Shown in pieces: positions 31,728 to 41,264 of a DNA stretch of 64,000 bases; the first letter of the stretch is position 1, and each line of letters opens with the position of its first letter. Under the pieces are notes generated by a model, which was not told the origin of the DNA, searched no databases, and was given only the letters and a program-made list of their open reading frames with translations. The DNA is from Gammaproteobacteria bacterium (GTDB taxonomy: Bacteria > Pseudomonadota > Gammaproteobacteria > Eutrophobiales > Eutrophobiaceae): positions 2,368,001-2,432,000 of the forward strand of contig CBDCTH010000012.1 of assembly GCA_965222155.1 (NCBI GenBank), in the 5' to 3' direction. The position numbers and the translations under genes were made by a program.

Positions 31728-32663
31728 TCAGTCAGTCTCCAATACCGTCCGACAGGCGGCAGGCAAATCGGCCAGCGTGAGCTCGGGTGGCTCATCCTCC
31801 GGTGCGCGCGGTGGTGGATACAGCGCTTCGTCGGTGAACCACCAGTCCAGTTCGGTATCACAGCCGTCGCCCTCAGGCGGCGGGTCCTGGTCGATGCAGG
31901 CGCCTGCATTCGGGCAATGCAGACGGACGTGAAAATGGGAGTCATGGCCCCACCATGGCCGCACCTTGCGCAGCCATTGGGCATCCTCCTCTTCCCTGCT
32001 CTCGCACAGACGGCGTTTGATCGCTGCATTCACGAAGATGCGGGCGACGGCTTCGTCCCGCGCCGCCGCCTCGATGACCTGGGAATGCGCACCGGTCCAG
32101 GCGCCGTTCACCTCCAGCCGGTTCGCCGCGACCAGTGCGGGAGAGTTGATCTTCTCCCGTTCCGCTACGCTCAGCTTCATTGTGTCCGGCGGGCGCAGCC
32201 AGATATCGGCGTCCAGTCCGACCTGGTGCGAGCGGTGACTGGAGACCATCGGACCGCCGCGGGGATGGCTGATGTCGCCCACGTAAAGTCCGGCCCAGCC
32301 TGCGCCCTGGGCCGCGCGGGATAGCCGTTCTATGAATGCGATCATTTGCGGATAGCCCCAGTTGCGGTTGCGGGACAGGCGCATCGCCTGCCAGCCCGGC
32401 CCAGTTTCGGCTAGCCGCTCAGCCCCGGCCAGGCACCCTGCGGCGTAACCGCCGAGCGGAGCGGGCGGAGCGTCCGTCGGCGCATCAATCGCGCTGAAGG
32501 CGTATTTGGCCGGTTGTTCATTGTCCGCGCCAGCACCGAATGCGACGGCGAGGCTGACGGCGAACGCTATAAGGGATAGACCCCGTTTTCGACTGGATTC
32601 TGGCATTCGCCAGAATGACGATAGCCTGCTTGCGGCAGGCACGGAGAGTAATTTAACCACCAC
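31728..32663 (-). CDS. mepA: Penicillin-insensitive murein endopeptidase (start uncertain: 32663 or 32606)
   Basis: GGYAAGCLAGA, RNRNWG.P, GD.S.PRGGPM..HRSHQVGLDAD, RPWWGHDSHFHVRL.CP. Confidence 0.95.
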   Translation of the reverse strand: MVVKLLSVPAASRLSSFWRMPESSRKRGLSLIAFAVSLAVAFGAGADNEQPAKYAFSAIDAPTDAPPAPLGGYAAGCLAGAERLAETGPGWQAMRLSRNRNWGYPQMIAFIERLSRAAQGAGWAGLYVGDISHPRGGPMVSSHRSHQVGLDADIWLRPPDTMKLSVAEREKINSPALVAANRLEVNGAWTGAHSQVIEAAARDEAVARIFVNAAIKRRLCESREEEDAQWLRKVRPWWGHDSHFHVRLHCPNAGACIDQDPPPEGDGCDTELDWWFTDEALYPPPRAPEDEPPELTLADLPAACRTVLETD

Positions 32664-32687
32664 TATAAAATGGGCGGAATATAAGAG

Positions 32688-33116
32688 TTAATCGGTCGGC
32701 ATGAACTCATCCATACCGGGCGGATAGGTGTCGTATTTCGGCAGGTCGTCGTTAATCTCGCACCAGCTTGCTTTTGACTGCCAGAACATGTGCGCAGCCT
32801 CACCGACCTCAACCTCCCCGTCAAGAGTGGCGGCAGTCGCGGCCAGTACCTCGCCGCCGTTAATCTCCGCGACCAGGGCAGCGCCGCATATGCTGCAGAA
32901 CAGCCGGGCGGAGTGCGAACCGGACTGGTAGCGGCCTACCAGATCCTCGCCTTCAAGCCAGGCAAAATTTTCCGGGGTTACCGGCTCTATATAAGTGCCG
33001 AATGCGGCGCCGTGAAATGTCTGGCAGAACGTACAGTGGCAATGATCAATGTCATCGGATGTTTTATTCACTTCGTAGCGAATTTTACCGCACAGACAAC
33101 TGCCTTGGGTTTTCAT
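32688..33116 (-). CDS. GFA/CENP-V family Zn protein
   Basis: GSCLCG.I.Y, CHC..C, FCSICG. Confidence 0.92.
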   Translation of the reverse strand: MKTQGSCLCGKIRYEVNKTSDDIDHCHCTFCQTFHGAAFGTYIEPVTPENFAWLEGEDLVGRYQSGSHSARLFCSICGAALVAEINGGEVLAATAATLDGEVEVGEAAHMFWQSKASWCEINDDLPKYDTYPPGMDEFMPTD

Positions 33117-33166
33117 GGTGACCTCTAATCAGGGTGGCAACGAACTTGATTATACTACTTACGGTG

Positions 33167-34789
33167 TTACCTGGTTTTTCTCATTTTTTTAATACCCTCT
33201 ACAAAACGTGTCAATGTGTTGGACATCAAACCGCGCGCCAGACTGATATCGATTAATTGAAAACAGGACTCATCCCCGAAGGCGCGGTCCAGGGCGGCAT
33301 GTAACTCTTTTTTCGTCTTAACCGCCTGGCCGCGGCCGCCTATGGCGTTTGCCAGGGCGGCATAATCCAGTTTGTCCAGGTCGTTGAACGCGGATTCCGG
33401 TTGAAACGCCCGCAGCATTTCCCAACTGCTGTTGTTGAATACCAGGACGATGGGGTTCCAGCCGTAACGCCGGCAGTTGAGCAACTCAATACCCGTCATC
33501 TGAAATGCACCGTCACCCACCAGGATGAGCGGACGGCGCCCCGTTGCGGCCTGAACGCCCAGGCCGGAGGGGACGCCATAGCCCATGGTGGCGTAATAGC
33601 CCGGCGCCACCAGTTCGGTGTATTCCATATCCATGGCCGTGAACAGGCAATCCCCCATGTCCGCGGCGATGGGCAACGCGCCATAAAGATGGAACATGTC
33701 ATTGACCGCGGTGGCGATATCGGTGGGGGTGATAGGCGTATCCGTTAATTCAAGACCTTTCGGATGCTCAAACACCGTAACGTCACGTTGCGGTTTGTCC
33801 GGCAACTTGCTGTTCAGCGCCAGCACCAGTTCCTGTAGAGGTATGGCCGGATAGATATGAAACCCCAGGGATACCGAACCATCGCAGGCCAGGACGGTCT
33901 TCCTCAGGTCTATCTTTTTCTCCGAGATGCCGAAATTGGTATCGGACAACAACACGCCCAGCAGGAACAGGCCATCGGAGGACTCAACCAGTTCGGTCAA
34001 TGCCTGCTCGCCGGCTATCCCCATATAAGTGCCTCTGAAATCCACCGGCTGTCCCGCCAGCAATCCCTTGCCCATGAACGTCGTGGCAACCGGGATATCC
34101 AGTTTGCGGCTCAGCAGGGCAACGTCCTGCTCCAGACCATACCGGCGTATTTCCACCCCCACCAGGAGCGCCGGGGAGCGGGCCTGCGCCAGGGTGCTGA
34201 TGATTTCATCGGTGCAGGCATCCAGAGCATCGGCGTCACAATCGCTGGTCAGCGGCAGTATGGGCACGGGGTCGCAGGGCTCAAACACCTGGTCCCTCGG
34301 CACCTCAATATACACGGGGCGGGATTCGACGATGCAGTTTCTGAGTACTCGGGCGATCTGTTCCGGCGCCTGCGCCAAGTCCTCCAGGATCACCTGGTCA
34401 CAGGTCACCTCCTTGTATACCCGTATCTGTGAATGGAGTTGCTTGGCCTGGTGGTGCACCAGCAGGCCGGTGGATTTGTCCGCCCTCCCCGGCCCACCGG
34501 AAATGACGATGACGGGGGATTTCTCCGCATAGGCCGCCGCGACCGGGTTCACCATGTTGAATGCGCCGGCCCCGTACGTGACCGCTGCCACTGATGGTTT
34601 GGAATGAAAACGCGCCGCGGCATCGGCGGCGAATCCCACCGCGGGTTCATGGCTCAGGGTATACAACGGCAGGATTTCGGTCTCTTCGATGACCTTGAAC
34701 AGCGGCAAGGCGAAATCGCCGGGGATACCGAAAATCTCGTTGACTCCGTAGCCTTTCAAAGCCTTGAGTAATTGCTCCGCCAGATTCAT
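33167..34789 (-). CDS. ipdC: Indolepyruvate/phenylpyruvate decarboxylase (ThDP)
   Basis: FGIPGDFALP, HEP, TYGAGA, LVHHQ, DMGDCLF, GDGAFQMTG..NN; Azospirillum IpdC-type pattern. Confidence 0.92.
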   Translation of the reverse strand: MNLAEQLLKALKGYGVNEIFGIPGDFALPLFKVIEETEILPLYTLSHEPAVGFAADAAARFHSKPSVAAVTYGAGAFNMVNPVAAAYAEKSPVIVISGGPGRADKSTGLLVHHQAKQLHSQIRVYKEVTCDQVILEDLAQAPEQIARVLRNCIVESRPVYIEVPRDQVFEPCDPVPILPLTSDCDADALDACTDEIISTLAQARSPALLVGVEIRRYGLEQDVALLSRKLDIPVATTFMGKGLLAGQPVDFRGTYMGIAGEQALTELVESSDGLFLLGVLLSDTNFGISEKKIDLRKTVLACDGSVSLGFHIYPAIPLQELVLALNSKLPDKPQRDVTVFEHPKGLELTDTPITPTDIATAVNDMFHLYGALPIAADMGDCLFTAMDMEYTELVAPGYYATMGYGVPSGLGVQAATGRRPLILVGDGAFQMTGIELLNCRRYGWNPIVLVFNNSSWEMLRAFQPESAFNDLDKLDYAALANAIGGRGQAVKTKKELHAALDRAFGDESCFQLIDISLARGLMSNTLTRFVEGIKKMRKTR

Positions 34790-34891
34790 TTTTTACCTTA
34801 ATCTTCCAGTGGCTAGGCTACCATTCTATTATAAGGAATATTGTTTTTTATCTGCAGGAAACGGAATTAATTCCATCCCGCTCACAGCCGT

Positions 34892-35188
34892 TAACCCGGA
34901 TTTCTCACCAGGTGATGCGATGATCGCGCCGGATTTTTGATGTGCGCCTTCCCCCTGCTCAACTCCATACAGAGCTTGCCCCTGCGGTTGTAAGCAGGGG
35001 GGCAGGCTCTGTATGGAGTTGAGCAGGGGGAGGGGCGCAATGAACACATGCCCGCTGGCGGGAAAAAGACAAGCGAGGGCGCATCAAGCGCAGTCCGTTA
35101 TGTTGATATAGTGAGCAGATTATCATAACGTATTGACAGCAAACAACTAGCCGATGGCCACAAGCGAACTGGTGAGAAATGCGTGCTA
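34892..35188. mobile_element. MITE family A copy 2 with nested hairpin insertions
   Basis: Inverted homolog of 20615-20945; nested CCCCTGC..CAGGGG hairpins at 34951-35030. Confidence 0.8.
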
Positions 35189-36923
35189 GCAGTCTGTCGG
35201 ACTTGGGAACTACAATTGCTTTTGCAGACCATCATCCAGGTCTATTTATCGGGAAAAAGGGAGTTTGCGCATACTATACATATATAGGGAACTTCTATTT
35301 ATTCGCACATGATATAGTAGCGTCTACTGATTTCCATAGGTTAGCGACCCTGCGTACTGATAAATCTATCGAAAAGTATCAATGGATAGCGGTTCCCTAT
35401 AGTTATATAGTATAGGCGTATTCAGTCCTCACACTGCGCCCCTCATCACCAGGCAAACGCCAACTGCCCCCGGTCAGGTCACCTGCAGGTTAGGTAAGCG
35501 CTTGCACTTGTAGGCCAGGGCCAATAACTGCCACTCGCCGGTCACCTTGGCATGACCGCGCAGGAGAAAGTGCCGGAATCCCAGGGCGTGTTTCATGCTG
35601 CCGAACACCGGTTCCACGATCTGCTGTCGCAGCCGATAGCTGGCCCGCTACGCCGACTGCGACAGTTTCGCCTGCATCGCCACCCGCCAGGGCGCCTTCG
35701 GTGGCGGCGTCGGCGCCGTCCCGGCGGACCTGTCCGGCGGACGAAAATCATGTTGCCGGCGCCGGTCACCCCCGCCCACGGCCACCAAGACGTCCAGGCC
35801 CCGACCGGTCAGCGTATCAACCTCTTTCTCCGTCGCATACCCGTTGTCCGCCAACACCTGCGTGGGAGGACCCACTGCCGCCGGTACCGAGTCAATATCC
35901 GCGACCAATTCGCCCCGGTCGCTGGCGCACCGGCTGACCCGCGTCCCCAACACCAACTGGCTGCCGTCGGCATCCACCAGCGCCTGCGCAGTGTACGCCT
36001 GCTGATAATCACTGCGCTTGTGCTTGCGCATTAAGCCACTGTCCGCATCCGTCAAATTCACTTGCGTGGCCGCCGTCGGCGTCGCCGCCGGTGGCTTGAT
36101 ATGACGCCCCTTGGCCCGCCCCGCACGCTTAGCACGCGCCGCCACCTTACGCGCATACGCCGCCTGTGCCGCGTCCGCCTGTGCCTTGGCCGCACGCGCA
36201 AGACGCATGCAGGCCGCATCCAACTGTGCCCCTAACTGCGCCCGACGCGCCAGCTCCTTCGGTAACTGCTGCGGGTCTACCTCACCCGCAACGTCCGCAC
36301 GCGCCGCGTTGGCCAGTAAGTCCTGCACCTCACCACGCAACTGCTCACGTAACGCCACCGCCCGGTCATAACGAATACTGCGCCGACGACTCGCATTCGC
36401 CTGTACCTTCGTCCCGTCTACACTCACCCGACCCACCCGCAACAGCTTCAATTCCTTCGCCAGCACTAACACCTGCACAAAACTCTCATGCACCGCCGCC
36501 AGGTGCTCGCGCCGAAACTTGCACATCGTGTCGTGGTCCGGCTGCGTGTTCGCCGTCACGTAACGTACCCCTATATCCCGATACGTCGCCCGCTCAATCC
36601 GACGCGAGGAAAAAATACCATTCGCATAACAGTAAATCAGTAACGCCAGCAGCACACGCGGGTGATATTGCGCCGACCCCGTGCCCCGTACGTTCACCCG
36701 AAAATGACTCAACGGCACCCGTTCTACCGCCGCCACCACAAAGTGCGCCAAGTCATCCTCAGGTAACCAGTCTCGTAAATCCGGCGGCAACAGATAGGGT
36801 TGATTGCGATCACCTTGAACAAAGTTTTGCATCGGCGTGGCCTCTATAGTACGGTGGCAGTAATCATAAAAACAGACTGTGTATTATACCTCAATACAGG
36901 CCCTAAGTCCGACAGACTGCTAG
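35186..36923 (-). mobile_element. IS1182-family element; transposase 35474-36832 with in-frame TAG at 35648
   Basis: Same IRs and CTAG flanks as 20943-22558; reading continues past the stop to RQQIVEPVFG. Confidence 0.93.
35287..35397. mobile_element. 111-bp IS5-type MITE inside IS1182 copy 2
   Basis: GGGAACTTCTATTTATTCG...GGTTCCC matches the ends of IS 24882-27773; TATA on both sides. Confidence 0.75.
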
Positions 36924-36970
36924 GGGGTCGAATTCAATTTCCTTTAAGTAAATGGCAGTTGAAAAATCGT

Positions 36971-37360
36971 CTAAGGAGACTTTACCGCACATTCCGACAA
37001 TCCCTTGGCTTGTTTTATAAAATCTTTGTCGAAGGTTTTTAATTCCGTACATTCAGCACTTGATGCCAAGTGGCAAGCATCTGCGAAGTCCATCCCTTGT
37101 TCAAACCAATCCAGTGTCCGCGCCATCATGACAGTATCCTTCAGGTGGACGTTCGGCAGACCGAACAAATCCCTCAGTGCCAGTGAAATATCCAATGGTT
37201 CGAATTTGTAGACAAAATCCAACACCCAGACTGTTTCCAGAATAACGGTATCCGGGATGAAGATTGCTTCATTTTCTATCAGCTTGAAGCTTTGCCTGAA
37301 TTGTAACGGCTCATCCCTGGTCAAAAAATGGATAATGACATTAGTATCGACCGCGATCAT
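36971..37360 (-). CDS. VapC/PIN-domain toxin
   Basis: IAVDTNV, E..WVL, DFADA.H, TFD. Confidence 0.93.
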   Translation of the reverse strand: MIAVDTNVIIHFLTRDEPLQFRQSFKLIENEAIFIPDTVILETVWVLDFVYKFEPLDISLALRDLFGLPNVHLKDTVMMARTLDWFEQGMDFADACHLASSAECTELKTFDKDFIKQAKGLSECAVKSP

Positions 37361-37610
37361 GCCAGCGCTCACTCAAACCCCTGCGTACTCCGGTTTCCAT
37401 ATCCTGCAATGTTTTTGGATCGCCATTACGAGACAGACAGCCCGCCACATTATTTGCGGTTGTTTCCTTGAACGGTTTTCTCGCTTTTAACAACAATCCT
37501 TCCTCCACGTTAAGCACAATCAATTCCTGACCGATCTGCCACATGTGGGCGTCCCGGATAGATTTTGGAATGATTACCTGTCCTTTACTTGATAGTCGGG
37601 TCAGTTTCAT
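37341..37610 (-). CDS. AbrB/MazE/SpoVT-type antitoxin
   Basis: TRLSSKGQVIIPKSIR; overlaps toxin start; AAAGTAAGA direct repeats upstream. Confidence 0.93.
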   Translation of the reverse strand: MKLTRLSSKGQVIIPKSIRDAHMWQIGQELIVLNVEEGLLLKARKPFKETTANNVAGCLSRNGDPKTLQDMETGVRRGLSERWHDRGRY

Positions 37611-37925
37611 AATTACAAAAAAGTAAGAACAAAGTAAGACTATATGCCATCATTTGTTAAAGGCCAAAAGAATAAAAGCTCGCGTTTCGGTGCTCCTCCC
37701 TCAATAACCGGAGAATATACGCCACTGGCATACAATAGATAAAGAGGTGGTCGGATGAAAGATGATGATATTTTATAAATCTGCCTTTGATATCAGCCCT
37801 CGTTCTACAGCCAGTTATCGATAACAAGTTGAGGTGCCAACTCGGCATACCGTATATTACAATAATGTCCGGGTATTTTTTATCCCAAGGTATTGATTAT
37901 CAGGAATAGCTCAGGAGAATCTCCA

Positions 37926-39995
37926 ATGCGAAAGCACTTTCTCACCACCGTTATCGGTTTAGTTGTTTTTATCTTAACCGGGTGCTCGGGCCGGCAGGAC
38001 GACACTGGCAGCGTAGCTGTAGTTCAAAGTATTGGCGCATCGGCTCCAACCGAAATCCCGCGTACAAACAACATAAGTAAACGAAAATACAGCGAGGACA
38101 GGGAAGCGTGCGCAGATTATAGTCCTGAGCGCAGGCCCCTGTTCGGCGAGTTGCATATCCATACATCCCTGTCTTTCGATGCCGCAGCCGGACGAACGGG
38201 GACCTTACCCGCAGATGCCTACCGCTTCGCTAAAGGTGAGGCTATCCCTTTTTTTCCGGTGGATGAACAGGGTAATGTCCTTGGCAAAATCAGTATAGAT
38301 CGCCCTCTGGATTTTGTTGCGGTTACCGACCACGGCGAGTTTCTCGGTGAAACCGCACTTTGCAAGCAGCAGGATTCCCCGGCCTACGATGGTGAGTTCT
38401 GCACGGAATATCGCAAGGTCGAGTTTCGTGGAGCCGCCATGATAGCCACTTCAATGAGCGGTGATTACCCGCAAAGGCTTCAGATGCTGTGCGGAGAGGA
38501 CGGCCAATTGTGCCGGGACTTTGCTGCCGAGCCCTGGCAGGTAGTGATAGATGCTGCGGAACAAGCCTACGATCGCAGCGCAGAGTGCAGGTTTTCCAGT
38601 TTCGTCGGATATGAATACACCGGCACTCCCAATAACTCCAATTATCATCGTAACGTAATTTTCCGCAACAATAATGTACCGGACTTGCCGGTAACCTACA
38701 TGGAAAACCCTTTCGACTATCTGTTGTGGAAGCAACTGGACAAGGTATGCACGGAAGAACAGGGCTGCGATTACTTGACCATTCCCCATAACAGCAATAT
38801 TTCCAACGGTCGGTTGCTTACCCCCTATGCCAACCTCGATCCGACACTTGAAAATCGTGTCAGCTATGCCAAAGCCCGACAACAAAATGAACCGATGATG
38901 GAAGTGTTTCAACACAAGGGGGGATCGGAATGTCTAAATGGTCTCAGTAGAATTGTCGGTGCACCCGATGAGTTGTGTGATATCGAGCAGGTACGTAACA
39001 TCGGTTCCCTTGCAAAACGAATTAATATCAGCCTCGATGGAGCTGAACTTGTGTTCGAGGTAGAGGACCCGGCAGCGGAGACGGTCGAATGTAAGGATGG
39101 GACAGGGCGTCACGGTATGATGGGGGGTGGCTGTGTGTCCGGAAACGACTTCCTGCGCACGGCTTTGCTGACCGGATTGGCGGAGGAACAGGAGATTGGC
39201 ATTAATCCCGTGAAGCTGGGCGTAGTTGCCGCCAGCGACGGTCATACCAGTACACCGGGCTCGGTAAAAGAAAGTCAATGGAGAGGCTATGTTACCGGCG
39301 AGATGGAGCTTGAGAATCGATTAAAGCCCGGAACCTTGCCCAGCGGTATTCTTGGTAATCCGGGTGGACTCGCAGGCGTATGGGCCGAAGAGAATTCCCG
39401 TGATGCGATATTTGACGCCATGCAGCGCCGGGAGGTATTCGGAACCTCGGGACCTCGCATCGTGCCGCGTTTCTTTGGTGGCTGGGCCTTTGACGCGGGG
39501 AGTTGTGCGATGATCGATATGGTTTCAGATGCCTATAACAGAGGTGTGCCCATGGGCAGTGATCTCCCTGCCAGGCCGGATGATGCCGCCAAACCGACCT
39601 TTATCGTGTCGGCCCTGAAAGACCCGGCCGCCGATGCGACCCCCCTGCAACAGTTACAGGTGATAAAAGGCTGGGTAACCGAAGCAGGGATTCCCCATTT
39701 CAAGGTGCACAGCGTCGCCGGCAACCCGGATAATGGGGCCAGCGTGAATGTGGCAGACGGTTCACGTTATGGAGAAGGTAATGCTTCCCTGTGCGCGGTG
39801 TTCAAGGATGAAGATTTCGATCCGACGCAGCCTGCGTATTACTACCTGCGCGTGGTGGAAAATCCCAGCCCGCGCTGGAGTCTGCTGGACTGTTTGAAAT
39901 ACGATACGTCAGAAAGGCCGGAGGTGTGCGAAGACAGTTCCCGCCATATCATCCAGGAGATGGCATGGACTTCACCCATCTGGTATTCACCATAG
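37926..39995 (+). CDS. DUF3604 domain (PHP-like metallohydrolase) lipoprotein
   Basis: Lipobox LTGC; FGELHIHTSLSFDA, RPLDFVAVTDH, GYEYT, HRNVIFR, IPHNSN, QHKG.SEC, QEMAWTSPIWY. Confidence 0.88.
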   Translation: MRKHFLTTVIGLVVFILTGCSGRQDDTGSVAVVQSIGASAPTEIPRTNNISKRKYSEDREACADYSPERRPLFGELHIHTSLSFDAAAGRTGTLPADAYRFAKGEAIPFFPVDEQGNVLGKISIDRPLDFVAVTDHGEFLGETALCKQQDSPAYDGEFCTEYRKVEFRGAAMIATSMSGDYPQRLQMLCGEDGQLCRDFAAEPWQVVIDAAEQAYDRSAECRFSSFVGYEYTGTPNNSNYHRNVIFRNNNVPDLPVTYMENPFDYLLWKQLDKVCTEEQGCDYLTIPHNSNISNGRLLTPYANLDPTLENRVSYAKARQQNEPMMEVFQHKGGSECLNGLSRIVGAPDELCDIEQVRNIGSLAKRINISLDGAELVFEVEDPAAETVECKDGTGRHGMMGGGCVSGNDFLRTALLTGLAEEQEIGINPVKLGVVAASDGHTSTPGSVKESQWRGYVTGEMELENRLKPGTLPSGILGNPGGLAGVWAEENSRDAIFDAMQRREVFGTSGPRIVPRFFGGWAFDAGSCAMIDMVSDAYNRGVPMGSDLPARPDDAAKPTFIVSALKDPAADATPLQQLQVIKGWVTEAGIPHFKVHSVAGNPDNGASVNVADGSRYGEGNASLCAVFKDEDFDPTQPAYYYLRVVENPSPRWSLLDCLKYDTSERPEVCEDSSRHIIQEMAWTSPIWYSP

Positions 39996-40098
39996 ATGAC
40001 AGTTGCAAGATCCAAACGACCTGGGCTTTGATACCTGGTACGGAACTGGCCCGGATTTCTCACCAGGTCGCTGGCTGCTATCGGATATGGATGTTTGG

Positions 40099-40505
40099 GC
40101 TAAAATCGGTATGTCCAAACCAGGCGGGTAAAAAAGTCAGTCTCGGTACTTTTGTATGAGCCGTTATCCTTTGCCCAGTCATGGTTGAGCGTCATAGTCA
40201 GTTCATTGCCCGGGACAATAATCCATCTACAGCGTCATGAAGTGGGTTTCCGACTCTTGTTGCAGGTAATTTGTTCAGGATAACGTCGGCGTAAAGTTGA
40301 TATTGAAGCGTGCACGATTGATCTCAAACTCGAAATCACCTTCCGGCAAATCGACATCGAAGATATGACGTTCCAGAGTGATATAAAAATTAGGCGTTGG
40401 CCGCCACTTTACAGAAGCCAGCACATCAGTGATATCACCATTATAAAATTCACCGATTTTAGATATTACTTCCATGGAAACAGGCCGGTGATTTGCCGTG
40501 GTTAG
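40099..40505 (-). pseudogene. Decayed C-terminal fragment of an outer membrane beta-barrel (DUF5916-like)
   Basis: GEFYNG...WRPTP...VDLPEGDF...FTPTLS* ...RLVWTYRF* with stops and frameshift; cut by IS at 40509. Confidence 0.6.
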
Positions 40506-40508
40506 CTT

Positions 40509-41232
40509 GTCATCCCTGAATAACCCCAAAAGCTATTCTAACCTATTGATTATAATTATGTAACCTGCATTTTTTCCTGGACTGATAGTGCCGGTTTTGG
40601 TATCACAGGGCTTCATTTTCTTGCAATATCGGAGATAACAATGACCCCCGGACACGCTGACGCGCATCCTTCATCAGACCTGTTCCGTAAACAGTTGGAC
40701 AACCTGCTCAACCCACGGCATGACTTGTATCGGTTAGCCGACCTGGTGGACGGGTCGGTGTTTGATAAGGCATTCGGTGCGCGGTACTGCCCGGATAACG
40801 GCTGTCCGGGGAAACCGACCCGGTTGAGGGTGGGGTTGCACTATCTGAAGCATCTGTATGGGTTATCGGGGGCATGATGAAACCGAGTCCACGGTGTACA
40901 TCGCCGGGCAGCAGCGCGGTATTAAGACACAGCGGTTAAAACAGTCACTCAAACGCCGCCAGGCGATTGAACCGGTGATCGGTCATTTGAAATCCGATGG
41001 GCTGTTGGGGCGCAATCACCTGAAAGGGACAGAAGGCGACCAATTGAATGTCCTGTTGAGTTGTGCCGGTCACAACCTGCGCCTGATCCTGAGACGGCTC
41101 AGGTTTTTTTATCTCGAAAAAGAGATACTTATACTGGCTTGGCTGCGTCTGTGGAACGCACCGCGCCGCGCTGTTTGTCATGGCTGCCGGCGACCTCAAT
41201 GGCGGCCTGAAACAGGGTTTTTCAGGGGCGAC
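40509..41232 (+). mobile_element. IS5-family element, internally deleted
   Basis: Same IR family as 24897; junction at GGGTTATCGG (~40860). Confidence 0.92.
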
Positions 41233-41264
41233 TATTTAGAGGTCTTTGATAATGTAGATATGCA

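Noticed and set aside
37657-37848. 63-aa ORF upstream of the antitoxin
   Set aside because: No recognisable family or RBS; possibly a remnant but not supportable.
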